A stretch of DNA of 64,000 nt from an uncultured virus (IMG/VR IMGVR_UViG_3300037067_013349) (lineage: Duplodnaviria > Heunggongvirae > Uroviricota > Caudoviricetes): IMG/VR virus record IMGVR_UViG_3300037067_013349, one strand, 5' to 3'. Below are positions 54,983 through 64,000 of the stretch, piece after piece (position 1 is the first letter of the stretch; every line of letters begins with the position of its first letter). The position numbers were made by a program, and so were the translations under genes. The notes under the pieces are model-generated. The model ran no database searches. It was not told where the DNA came from and was given only the letters and a program-made list of their open reading frames with translations.

Positions 54983-55417
54983 ATGCAATTCGTGCTTGAT
55001 GACGGTGGCAGAGCCGCAGCTGGGTTCAAAGGATATACCGGCGATTGTGTAGTTAGAGCCGTTGCTATAGTGTCTGGAAAACCATACCGTGAAGTATATG
55101 ATGCTCTATCAGAAGGGTGCCGCACTCAACGACTGACCAAAGGAAAAAAGAAAAGATCTAGTGCTCGTGACGGCGTAAATACGAAGCGTAAATGGTTCAA
55201 AGATTACATGGCCAGCCTCGGCTTTAAGTGGTATCCAACAATGCAAATCAGATATGGCTGTCGTGTTCATATGCATGCTGACGAGCTGCCTAAAGGAAGA
55301 TTGGTCGTTGCAGTATCTAAACATTTTGTCGCTGTGATTGATGGAGTAATACATGATACACACAATCCTTCGCGCGACGGGACACGATGTGTTTATGGAT
55401 ATTATAAGTTGGAGTAA
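54983..55417 (+). CDS. Cys/His phage protein, possibly papain-like
   Basis: GDCVVRAVAI...HFVAVIDGVIHDT. Confidence 0.5.
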   Translation: MQFVLDDGGRAAAGFKGYTGDCVVRAVAIVSGKPYREVYDALSEGCRTQRLTKGKKKRSSARDGVNTKRKWFKDYMASLGFKWYPTMQIRYGCRVHMHADELPKGRLVVAVSKHFVAVIDGVIHDTHNPSRDGTRCVYGYYKLE

Positions 55418-55998
55418 CAATGGAACAAAAGGAAAGCCAAGTAAAATTCACACCTGAACAACTTGCAAAGGCTAGTCAGTATAAAACACCACTCATCTGT
55501 GTTTCTGTTCAATATCCGGATGGCGATTTATATGATTTGAGTAATAATACAGCAATCCCTCCTCATTCAAAACGTGTTGAAATTGCTGGTTCAGTACCAG
55601 CATCGATTGCAACAGAGTTATTAGAGTGGATTACTGCAAATGCTAATATTTTTCACGGTTTCACACAAGAAATCATCCATGGCGAGAGGCACAGAGGAAT
55701 CAAACAAATTACAGTTCCTGCTATGGCTGCTTGTGATGGGCTGTTAGCACGGCTCGAAAACGATCAACATGATTTTGAAGCCAAAGAGTCAGCAATTCAG
55801 TTGTTATCATTAGATCCTGTACTGTCATTGCGTGGGCTTCAACTAATGTTCCAATTAATATCAGAAGGGCATCTGATTATCAAGCTAGAGGAGGATAAAT
55901 GCGAGAACGAAAGGCAGTGAGCTATACTCGTGAGCAACACAGAATTGCAAAAGAAAAAGGGTTACACCTTATTTGTGCATCAGCACTTGGTGTCGAGT

Positions 55999-56862
55999 TC
56001 AGCGGTCCTGTGCCGGAAGAAGTGGCGCGTGAATTATGCGAATGGATGACGGAGCATTTGCTTGCCCGTGACTGGACGCAGCAACCTCGATCATCACCTT
56101 GTTTAACTCATTCTTCGAGATAGATCTCTGTCCCACTGTGTTGTTGTGCTCCCATTCGACACCATTAAGATATTCTAAAGTTCTGTCGATCAATGCTTCA
56201 TCATGAAGCCTAATATAATAGTGTGCGGTTGTCGATGGTGATAAGTCGCGAGATGCTCTACCAGCACGCATCCCAACACGGCGGACGCAGAAATGTGCAT
56301 CATCACGCTTCACATAAGAAAATCCTAGTGGTGCATACTGCGTCGGAATCTCTCTAGGATAGCCCCTGTTTTCCCATACTTGAAAAACGACAGGGACCTT
56401 TTGAGTTTCTCCGTTTAGCAACGCATTCTCTAGTGGTATATCTAGTTGTTGCACTAAATGGTATCCATTAGGAATTCTAGCTTGTATGCTGTCCTTCTTA
56501 TATGATAGCGGCAGAATAAATGCTATTGTGTCGGCTATTTCTGAGCATTTTCTTATAAAAGCCAAAGCTAGCGATCCATTAGTGCCAAACGGCGGGTTGC
56601 CAATACATAGTATGTTCTTCCTATCTATTTCTGTTTGATATCCTTCTTTTAGAAAATCGCGCTTTTCTATCGAGGGATGCTTTGGGTCCACATCAAAAGC
56701 AATACAATTATCTATCTGCCTCGAAAAAGACCCATTACCGGCAGATGGCTCTATTATTAATTCGAATTTGGATAAATCAATACTGTCGATTAATAATTTT
56801 GCTATCTTGGGGATAGTAAAAAACACGCATTGTTTGCTTTTTCTAATGTGTGTTCCCATCAA
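55999..56862 (-). CDS. Amino (N6A/N4C) DNA methyltransferase
   Basis: FFT, IEPSAGNGSF, IGNPPFG, AFILP. Confidence 0.88.
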   Translation of the reverse strand: MMGTHIRKSKQCVFFTIPKIAKLLIDSIDLSKFELIIEPSAGNGSFSRQIDNCIAFDVDPKHPSIEKRDFLKEGYQTEIDRKNILCIGNPPFGTNGSLALAFIRKCSEIADTIAFILPLSYKKDSIQARIPNGYHLVQQLDIPLENALLNGETQKVPVVFQVWENRGYPREIPTQYAPLGFSYVKRDDAHFCVRRVGMRAGRASRDLSPSTTAHYYIRLHDEALIDRTLEYLNGVEWEHNNTVGQRSISKNELNKVMIEVAASSHGQANAPSSIRIIHAPLLPAQDR

Positions 56863-58015
56863 ACGTCGCTACTAAATTGTAAAAACTATCAGGCAACAAT
56901 GCATTTTCCAAAGATCGCTGGCTGAAAATAAATCGACCGCCATATTTAAAGCCAAGATCATCCCAGTCTATGCGATTCAGTGCCTCACATGCTTCTTCCA
57001 GATCAGTTATGGGAATCTTCCCGAAGATTCCCATAACTGATCCATCAAAATTCTTACATGGATGCATAAAAAATGGAGTACTGTGCCTAGTTTTGCAATT
57101 AACATAAATTCTATCAGAATCGCTGGCATATAAGCATCTGCCCCATTTATACCAGTTGCTTTCGTTAAATTTCTTGATTCGCCTCTCTATCAGCCTGTCT
57201 TTGTGATTTAGCAAATATTCGTCATAATGATCATAATAGACTCTTCGTGTCTGTCCAGTCTTCACAGTAGTTGAACAAACAATGTCTAAATTCCCTCTTT
57301 TATCAACAAATATGTCATCAGCCCCACTTACTGCTCCGACTTTAACATAAAACAGCTGTGAAAATGGCACACTATATTCTCCAGACACAAACATCAACTG
57401 GCCTCCAGCATTTACAAGCTTCTTTGTGATGCCGTTGACCGTCGCGATCTTAGGTCCGCTGTACCCTTTTTCAAATCGCCAAATTACCAGATTATGGGCG
57501 GTTGGTGTTCCTTTAAATAGATTGTCTTCTCCATATTCAAACCAGTACGTTATGTTGCCATCACCACAAAGTGCGTTGTTGATAGGTATGGCGAATGTAT
57601 GTTTTATAAAGTCGCGTGGAGTAATAAAAATCAACTCGCCACCGTCATTCAAGTGCTCCAGGCATTTAGCTATGAAATGGATGTATAGGTTGGTCTTGAA
57701 TGGAAATCTCTTTGACAAAATTGATCGTGTCTCTGGCGGAATATTCTTTCCGGCTACATATGGTGGATTGCCAATAATGGTATCAAACTTATTAGTGATA
57801 GGATATTCGAAGAAGTCAATATTTAAACAACCAGCGGGGCAATACTGCTGATCTATTTCAATTCCAACAGCACCGTCTTCATGGCAAATATGCTGCCAAA
57901 ACGCACCACCACCAGCACTAGGTTCTAATATAGTCCCATGGTTCTTTCGCAATTGCAGCATATCAGTCACAATTGACTGGGGAGTAAAGACTTGTCCAAG
58001 GTGCTCTGTGTTCAT
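56843..58015 (-). CDS. Eco57I/TaqI-like amino DNA methyltransferase
   Basis: GQVFTP, LEPSAGGG, IIGNPPY, NLYIHF, GELIFITP. Confidence 0.9.
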   Translation of the reverse strand: MNTEHLGQVFTPQSIVTDMLQLRKNHGTILEPSAGGGAFWQHICHEDGAVGIEIDQQYCPAGCLNIDFFEYPITNKFDTIIGNPPYVAGKNIPPETRSILSKRFPFKTNLYIHFIAKCLEHLNDGGELIFITPRDFIKHTFAIPINNALCGDGNITYWFEYGEDNLFKGTPTAHNLVIWRFEKGYSGPKIATVNGITKKLVNAGGQLMFVSGEYSVPFSQLFYVKVGAVSGADDIFVDKRGNLDIVCSTTVKTGQTRRVYYDHYDEYLLNHKDRLIERRIKKFNESNWYKWGRCLYASDSDRIYVNCKTRHSTPFFMHPCKNFDGSVMGIFGKIPITDLEEACEALNRIDWDDLGFKYGGRFIFSQRSLENALLPDSFYNLVATFDGNTH

Positions 58016-59248
58016 TTGCTGCCAATATAGCCCATGTAACGTATTTTACAATAAAATACTAACTCATAACCTATTTGTCTCATGCTATAAGACTTATGAA
58101 GCATTCAGACACACCATGGGAAATTAGAGACACATCTACCAACAGCAAATTCTCTGAGAATTGGCGAGAAATATTTGCTGGTAATAGACCTATCGTTTCA
58201 GCCGGTTCTTATGACCGTAATGGTGACACTATCTGTGGTGTCACCATCGGCAAAGATGACGCTGAATTCATCGTTTGCGCAACCGATTGCCACGATGAAT
58301 TATTACGATGTTGCGAAATGCTGCTACGCGATATATGTGCGGACCCTATGGCTGTGGCCTACTTCGACCTTCGACATATTAAAGCAGCAGAGCAAGTCTT
58401 AGAAAAAGCAAAAGAATATGAGCGACGTGCACAAGAAACTAGCACGTAAAGCAGCTCAGCTAAAGGCCACACCAGACGCGACGAAAATCTGCCTCGTCAT
58501 AGATCTTTTGAAGAATACGATTTAACTCCGCAATACTCTTACTATTGCGGACTGACTCAGCAAATCGTTTCAATGGGTCCGCTTTGGAAATCTCTACCGC
58601 TATTAATTCTTTGACGTCTTCAGGGCAGTCTTCTTCAACTCGTGTCAAGTCGTGTTTCTCTGCACACTGTAGCATCACTCCGGCTAAATCAATTCTGTAT
58701 AGCCATCCCATAAATTATTCCCTTTCGACACCGTTCGTTCTTCTGTGCATTTTGTTGTCAAACAAGACCTGTTCAATAGTTTCAGACATAAAGGCCCATT
58801 CGTGAGGAAGCAGTAGGCGCTCACTTTTGTCGCCTTTCAGAGATACAACAAGTTCATCGTCTTGTTTACAAATCCCGATTAAAAACTTCCCAGTTATGCC
58901 ATCCGCTTTTAAAAATGATCTTTTGCATTCGGCAAATGATTCATGACCTTTTTCGTCTTTGAGGGTCAAAAATGCCATACCCTTCCGAATGGTGTTGATG
59001 TGTCCTCGTAGTATCAAAATCTTCGGCTTCAATTCGTCCATTTGTCTCTCTTAGAACTTGGCAGTTAAATGTTTAGAAAAATATATAGTGGTTTGTGTTA
59101 TTGAGTAAATAACGATGTGAGGGGATTTATGTGCAATTTTTTATTACGGTTTAGACGCAAGCGTCGACGTCCCCGCCATCGTAATTGGGCCGAAAGCTTT
59201 CGGTGGCGTCTCGGTCCCATAGAAACCTCACCGAATCTAGGAGAACCC

Positions 59249-59653
59249 ATGATGTTGGTCTTGAAAGACACCCAAAGGGTTACCATTAGTGTCACTCCAG
59301 TTGATGCGAAGGGTAATCCGGCACAAGTGGACGGTGCACCTGTGTGGTCAATAGTTGGACCGGAAGTTGTCGCTCTCGAAGTGTCAGAAAACGGTCTAAC
59401 ATGCGTAGTCAATACTGTTGGAACTCTCGGCACTACTCAAATCACGGTCACAGCCGATGCCGATATCGGCGAAGGCATTCAAACGATTTCCGGTCTGCTG
59501 GATATCGAAGTCGTTAGCGGCATGGCTGTTAGCCTCAATGTCACCGCTGGTGTCCCCGAAGAGATCCCAGCCGAAACCGAGCCGGAAGTAACCGAGCCGG
59601 AAGTAACCGAGCCGGAAGTAACCGAGCCGGAAGTAACCGAGCCGGAAGCTTAG
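59249..59653 (+). CDS. Ig-like beta-rich protein with C-terminal TEPEV repeats
   Basis: AGGAG RBS; VTPVDAKGNP...VWS...GTTQITVTADAD. Confidence 0.6.
   Translation: MMLVLKDTQRVTISVTPVDAKGNPAQVDGAPVWSIVGPEVVALEVSENGLTCVVNTVGTLGTTQITVTADADIGEGIQTISGLLDIEVVSGMAVSLNVTAGVPEEIPAETEPEVTEPEVTEPEVTEPEVTEPEA
59576..59648 (+). repeat. 15-bp tandem repeat (about 4.9 copies)
   Basis: ACCGAGCCGGAAGTA repeated, encoding TEPEV. Confidence 0.95.
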
Positions 59654-59670
59654 TCAATTCCGTGATCTTA

Positions 59671-59703
59671 TCAACTGCCCTGTCAAATCGACAGGGCAGT
59701 TGA
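59671..59703. terminator. 14-bp hairpin between convergent genes
   Basis: TCAACTGCCCTGTC-aaatc-GACAGGGCAGTTGA. Confidence 0.7.
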
Positions 59704-60041
59704 GTATCAAAACGTACGCGGTAGCGGAACTACATTATTACGTGTATGGTTGAGTATTTTCTTATCTCCACTATCTGACAGTTTGACAAATTGTACAGAC
59801 GCCTCTAGCATATCGCCTTTTTTTGGCTTGTGCTTGAATTGCTTAATGTCATATGTCTGTTCTACTATGTCACCATCCATCTCAAATATCACAACAACAT
59901 GCTCGTCCGATACATATACTACTTCACCGACATATGATTGAGATAAATAAATTAAATCAGGCATTTTCTTGTAGATGCTTTATGGCATAACTTGATGACG
60001 GTATGATATCTATCGGAGTAGCTTGCTTCCAGTGATCTGAT

Positions 60042-60542
60042 TTAATCACAAACAAAGCCTTCTATCAAGCTATTGACGGCGGCATACAAACTCGCATCAC
60101 CATCTGTAAGCACTTCAAGCAGGTCTCGTTTTTCAGCAACGTATATTCTGGCGAAACCCTTATCATGCTCGATAATGCTCGGCACATTATCTAAGATGTC
60201 AGCCAGTTTTATGGTCTTAGCACGTGATGATGCAGCTGACAATCTTTGTTTATCTGTTTGCTTCCGGGCTGCACGATTTACGCCAATCCTTTTAGAAGTG
60301 AGATCCGCAACAAGCCCAGCTACATCGTGCCCAAACCCTGCCTCAATCATTTCGATGGTAACTGATGTATCCTCAACTACATCATGCAGCCAGGCAGCAG
60401 CAATCATCTCCACATCGTGAGGTACAGCAGACACAATCCGCGCAACAGATTCAGGGTGCACTACATATGGCTCTTTAGTGTATTTGCGCACTTGTCCTTG
60501 GTGAGCAGTACGGGCCAATTGGACTGCCATTTCAACTAGCAA
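60042..60542 (-). CDS. Small alarmone hydrolase-like HD protein (RelA/SpoT HD, Mesh1-like)
   Basis: AHQGQVRKYTKEPYVVHP, AAWLHDVVEDT, IKLADILDN. Confidence 0.88.
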   Translation of the reverse strand: MLVEMAVQLARTAHQGQVRKYTKEPYVVHPESVARIVSAVPHDVEMIAAAWLHDVVEDTSVTIEMIEAGFGHDVAGLVADLTSKRIGVNRAARKQTDKQRLSAASSRAKTIKLADILDNVPSIIEHDKGFARIYVAEKRDLLEVLTDGDASLYAAVNSLIEGFVCD

Positions 60543-61316
60543 ATCATATCTCCCATTTTGTCGCCACTTGGACTGGTTTTGGTGTTGTAATCTCGCCTTT
60601 GAATATGAACAGCGAATGGCTTGGAAATACCATCAAGCTTGTTGGAATAGTTGTGATGATTAATAGCTTAGCCCATTCACCATTCAAGCGGTGTTCTAGC
60701 TCCTCTCTAGAAAGAATCTCAAGGTATGGCTCATCTTCATTGCGGTGGATCGTCAGAAACTTTCCCATGCGAAAACCTCATTTTATCGATATATCTTACG
60801 GCTTGCATCACCGCTTCGGTTTGTGTCGGATAACGTTTTTGATATCCATCATCATCTAATTCAACAGGTTTCTTTTCTTTGGCGTATCCTATAGCCCATC
60901 CTGCTGGATGAGTTGCATCGCCTTCGAGCCAGTTCAAGCTTAGATTAAAATGCTCTAAGCGAGCCCAAGCTGATATCATATCAATCAGCTTTTTGAATTG
61001 CACTGAATCAGTGGCTGTATCATCCTTGAGGGACGCCCATGCTTCTAATTCAGCAGCAACCTGCTTCATATGGGGCGGAGCCATAGCTATATAAGTGCGA
61101 GCAGCAGCCCGGCACGCCATGGCATGTTCCATGTCGCCGCCGAAATCCAGACGAAGGACAAAGTATTGGGCGTCTGGATCGTATGTTCCATCCGCTCTTG
61201 TGACATTATAGCGTTGATGCAACCCATCCGGATTTTCTTCTCTTTTCGGAAGCTGGGACATACTTACCTACCTTTATATGGATTTCCAGTTCTTTATAGC
61301 ACAAGTGATAGCAGTC

Positions 61317-61380
61317 ATTAATCCTCCTACAGATAAAATACATTCCTTTGGTTGAGTATTTTATCTGTAGGAGGATTAAT
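61317..61380. repeat. 25-bp perfect inverted repeat carrying GTATTT and AGGAGG on both strands
   Basis: ATTAATCCTCCTACAGATAAAATAC-N14-GTATTTTATCTGTAGGAGGATTAAT. Confidence 0.85.
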
Positions 61381-61709
61381 ATGTCATCAACAGCAACTTT
61401 TCAAGCAAGAATTTGGCTCAATGGCGACGAAATTCATGAATATGAAGTGTGGGGCTATGAATTGTTCCCGATAGAGGGTGCCAAAAGATCTGGTCAAGAA
61501 TGGGCGGCGGAGCATCTATGCAACTACGACGCGGAAGATATTCGCGGCTTATTTGAACTAGAATTTGGCAATTATCAAATATTATTCACAGCTAAACTAT
61601 GCGGTGAGCTTAATGACTTCAACCAAGAATGGGATGAACATATAATTATTCTGAATAGCCAAACTATGGAATTACCAGACGATTATTATGAAGACAAAAA
61701 CAACCTCAT

Positions 61710-62636
61710 ATGAATAAACCACTTGGCGGCAAAGCTTACGGAAGCATTCCGCATTTACCGAACAGCAGATTGGGTCCAAAAGACTACAGTGTCACTGAGG
61801 GGCAGGCGATAATATGTACCGAGAAAGCACGCGATGGCGATCGAATAATAGTCCAAGAAAAACTTGATGGATCGTGCTGCTCGGTTGCTCGCATAAATGG
61901 ATCATTAGTCCCACTGAACAGAGCTGGCTGGCCGTGCGTGTCCGCTCCATGGCTGCATCACCGAATATTCCACAATTGGGCCATGGAAAATTGCAATCGA
62001 TTTAATTGGCTGCAAGAAGGCGAAAGGGTTGTTGGAGAGTGGCTTGCCTTGGCACATGGCACAAGATATAAGCTATGGCATGAACCCTTTGTGCCGTTTG
62101 ATATAATGAAGTGGAGAAAGAAAGTAGATCAAAGGGCTACTTTTGATGAATTTTGTGACCGCATAGCCGAGACTCGTTTGGTTACTCCATTTGTTGTTTC
62201 AATTGGAGCACCGATATCAACAGAATTCGCTATAAAGTCTGCACAAGAAAGAAATTATCATGATGCCATAGATCCAGTTGAAGGTGTTGTATATCGAGTT
62301 GAGCACTTGGGGCGTGTTGAATTCCTTGCAAAATTTGTCATATCTGAGAAAATAGATGGCAAATACTTTGTCGAAAATTATGGTGAGAGTGTTTGGAATT
62401 GGACACCAGATCACAAGGATTCAATCATGTTTCAGGGAACAATTGCAGAATTGCTAAATCATATCGGCAAAACAAGAAACATATCTGAAGGCCGACGTGT
62501 TGTCGTTCAAGGTGCAATCAAAATCAACAATGAGACCGTCGATGATTTGACTCAGATGTTTGATTTTAAACTGTCAGATCGAATACAGATAGGCAATCAA
62601 CCACCTTTCTTCCTCAGAGATTTAGGAGATTGTTGA
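61710..62636 (+). CDS. ATP-dependent RNA ligase fused to a C-terminal S4-like domain
   Basis: QEKLDGS (motif I), GEW, FD, EGVVYR, AKFV; C-terminal IAELLNHIG...SEGRRVVVQGAIKINNE. Confidence 0.82.
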   Translation: MNKPLGGKAYGSIPHLPNSRLGPKDYSVTEGQAIICTEKARDGDRIIVQEKLDGSCCSVARINGSLVPLNRAGWPCVSAPWLHHRIFHNWAMENCNRFNWLQEGERVVGEWLALAHGTRYKLWHEPFVPFDIMKWRKKVDQRATFDEFCDRIAETRLVTPFVVSIGAPISTEFAIKSAQERNYHDAIDPVEGVVYRVEHLGRVEFLAKFVISEKIDGKYFVENYGESVWNWTPDHKDSIMFQGTIAELLNHIGKTRNISEGRRVVVQGAIKINNETVDDLTQMFDFKLSDRIQIGNQPPFFLRDLGDC

Positions 62637-63043
62637 TGCGATTTTTATTATTAGTAGCTGTCTTACTGGCAACCCCAACATCGGATGAGACATATGAAGC
62701 AGTTCGCCAAAAGGCTATCGAAACTGAAAAGCCGATTGTTGTTATGGTAAGCACAGAATGGTGTCCGCCATGTAAAGTAATGAAGAAAACTATCTTACCT
62801 AAAGTTGCTGAACATGGTTATTTTGAAAAAGTCATGTTCGCTACGGTCAATCCTGACAAGCAAAAAGAATTAGCACAGTTGATAACAGGTGGCGGGGCAA
62901 TTCCACAGCTTATTATGTTTCGTAAATCATCTAAAGGCGGTTGGTTACGAAAGAAAATTATCGGACAGCAAACGGTAGAAACTGTTGAAGAATTCATAAA
63001 TCAAGGTCTTTGGGAAGACGCTAAAGAAAAGAATGACAGTTAG
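62636..63043 (+). CDS. Secreted thioredoxin-like protein
   Basis: Signal peptide, WCPPC, IPQL. Confidence 0.85.
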   Translation: MRFLLLVAVLLATPTSDETYEAVRQKAIETEKPIVVMVSTEWCPPCKVMKKTILPKVAEHGYFEKVMFATVNPDKQKELAQLITGGGAIPQLIMFRKSSKGGWLRKKIIGQQTVETVEEFINQGLWEDAKEKNDS

Positions 63044-63209
63044 ACATATTTGTACTGCAGAAAATCCGTGGGATGAAGACAGAGGCCCCGCCATTCATCC
63101 TGACGCTCAGCCGTGCGGTGAGCAAAAAGACGGCTGGCCGAGTGGTGATATTCAAGGTTATAAATGCCCTCATTGTGGCAAATACTTTGAAGTCGAGCTA
63201 CCGCAATGA
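63033..63209 (+). CDS. Small zinc-ribbon protein (58 aa, not in the ORF track)
   Basis: MTVRHICTAENPW...HPDA...YKCPHCGKYFEVELPQ. Confidence 0.6.
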   Translation: MTVRHICTAENPWDEDRGPAIHPDAQPCGEQKDGWPSGDIQGYKCPHCGKYFEVELPQ

Positions 63210-64000
63210 ACTACTGGGATATAGTGCGTCCGACTTACATTGAAAACTGGGATCGGTCTCTTCATTCTTTAAGCATCCCGTCTATAGGCATTCTATTAGA
63301 AAAGGATGCTGCCCGTAGATTAGGGTCTAACATTATCGAATATGGTGAAGAATTTTGTCAGACAAAAGCAGAGCAAGAGCATAACGCTCGTGCTTTAGAT
63401 TGGGCCGCACAATCGGCTACTGCTGGGATGCTAGACATGTCAGAGCCGCCTAACAAAATAGAACTTATAAAACCATCTCTTGCTTGCGCTGACATATCAG
63501 ACATACGAGCTAAAGTTTCAGACGCTGTAGATCGTATGCCTGATGGGGCTTTTGTTCGTTTGGGCAGTAGGTCTCCCAAGGATTCGTGGGCACTTCAAAG
63601 AGAGGGCGGTAAGATACTGCCAGGAGAAGATCCGCTACGTTTCATGTTGGACTGCTCAGAACGAATCTACGAAGATTTAATGTTAGCAATCCAACACAAT
63701 TATTATCCATGTATATGGGTTAGGCAATGGATAAATATCCCAAGATGGTCGGAATTTCGATGCTTCATGAAGCATCGAAAGCTTGTTGGTATCTCACAAT
63801 ACAACTATCTAGATAATGAAATCTTTTCTGAAATAGACGCTGGAATGTGTGAGTGGGCGATCCATGAATTCTTTAAAAGCTTTCTTAAAGCAACCGCCAT
63901 TCAAGATGTAGTTTTTGATGTATTCGTGAAGTCAAGAAAAATCGGTCCACATTCGAGAGATGTCGAAGTTAAATTGCTAGAAATTAACCCGTATTTTGAG
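63206..64000 (+). CDS. Cdc123/D123-like (R2K clade) ATP-grasp protein, truncated by the window end
   Basis: Translated by hand: AFVRLGSRSPKDS, SERIYEDL, EFRCF, LVGISQY, VVFDV, LLEINPY. Confidence 0.85.
   Translation, partial: MNYWDIVRPTYIENWDRSLHSLSIPSIGILLEKDAARRLGSNIIEYGEEFCQTKAEQEHNARALDWAAQSATAGMLDMSEPPNKIELIKPSLACADISDIRAKVSDAVDRMPDGAFVRLGSRSPKDSWALQREGGKILPGEDPLRFMLDCSERIYEDLMLAIQHNYYPCIWVRQWINIPRWSEFRCFMKHRKLVGISQYNYLDNEIFSEIDAGMCEWAIHEFFKSFLKATAIQDVVFDVFVKSRKIGPHSRDVEVKLLEINPYFE

Noticed and set aside
55999..58015. Complete restriction-modification system
   Set aside because: No PD-(D/E)xK or other nuclease gene is recognisable next to the methyltransferases
59576..59648. CRISPR array
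   Set aside because: Contiguous 15-bp units with no spacers, in frame within a CDS; no cas genes in the window
60042..60542. HD protein as DatZ (dATPase of Z-genome phages)
   Set aside because: Motifs are SpoT/Mesh1-type (H..Q.RK...PY..HP, HDVVEDT), not the YfbR-like DatZ type, and the gene is far from purZ

Overview
This window is a fragment of a large (jumbo-class), T4-like dsDNA bacteriophage genome. Support comes from a gp46/SbcC ATPase, a gp55-like sigma factor, a gp21-like prohead protease, two tRNAs, homing endonucleases and a long run of small hypothetical genes. A CsrA and a secreted thioredoxin that resemble planctomycete proteins suggest a Planctomycetota host (inference from recall, not from a search). 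The strongest signal is a PurZ-type synthetase (11892-13076) carrying the GSxGKG, PIR, TxVTKxxRR and NFxN signatures of 2-aminoadenine (Z-base) biosynthesis. No datZ or mazZ is recognisable in this window; its neighbours are a nucleoside-deoxyribosyltransferase/N-glycosidase-like gene, a DeoC-like barrel and a TIM-barrel metalloenzyme, which may form an undescribed Z-pathway variant. A second, different PurA-like enzyme sits in a J-domain-pseudokinase/VWA/PurA operon. Other notable features are: two divergent sigma-like genes with three candidate promoter motif classes; two homing endonucleases whose translation starts are each locked in a 17-bp hairpin containing the putative late promoter; a tRNA-Arg(UCU) with an extra variable arm; an RNA ligase fused to an S4 domain; a Cdc123/R2K ATP-grasp gene; a frameshifted SPFH gene; and two glycan-modification clusters. 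All calls come from motif reading only; no database searches were run.
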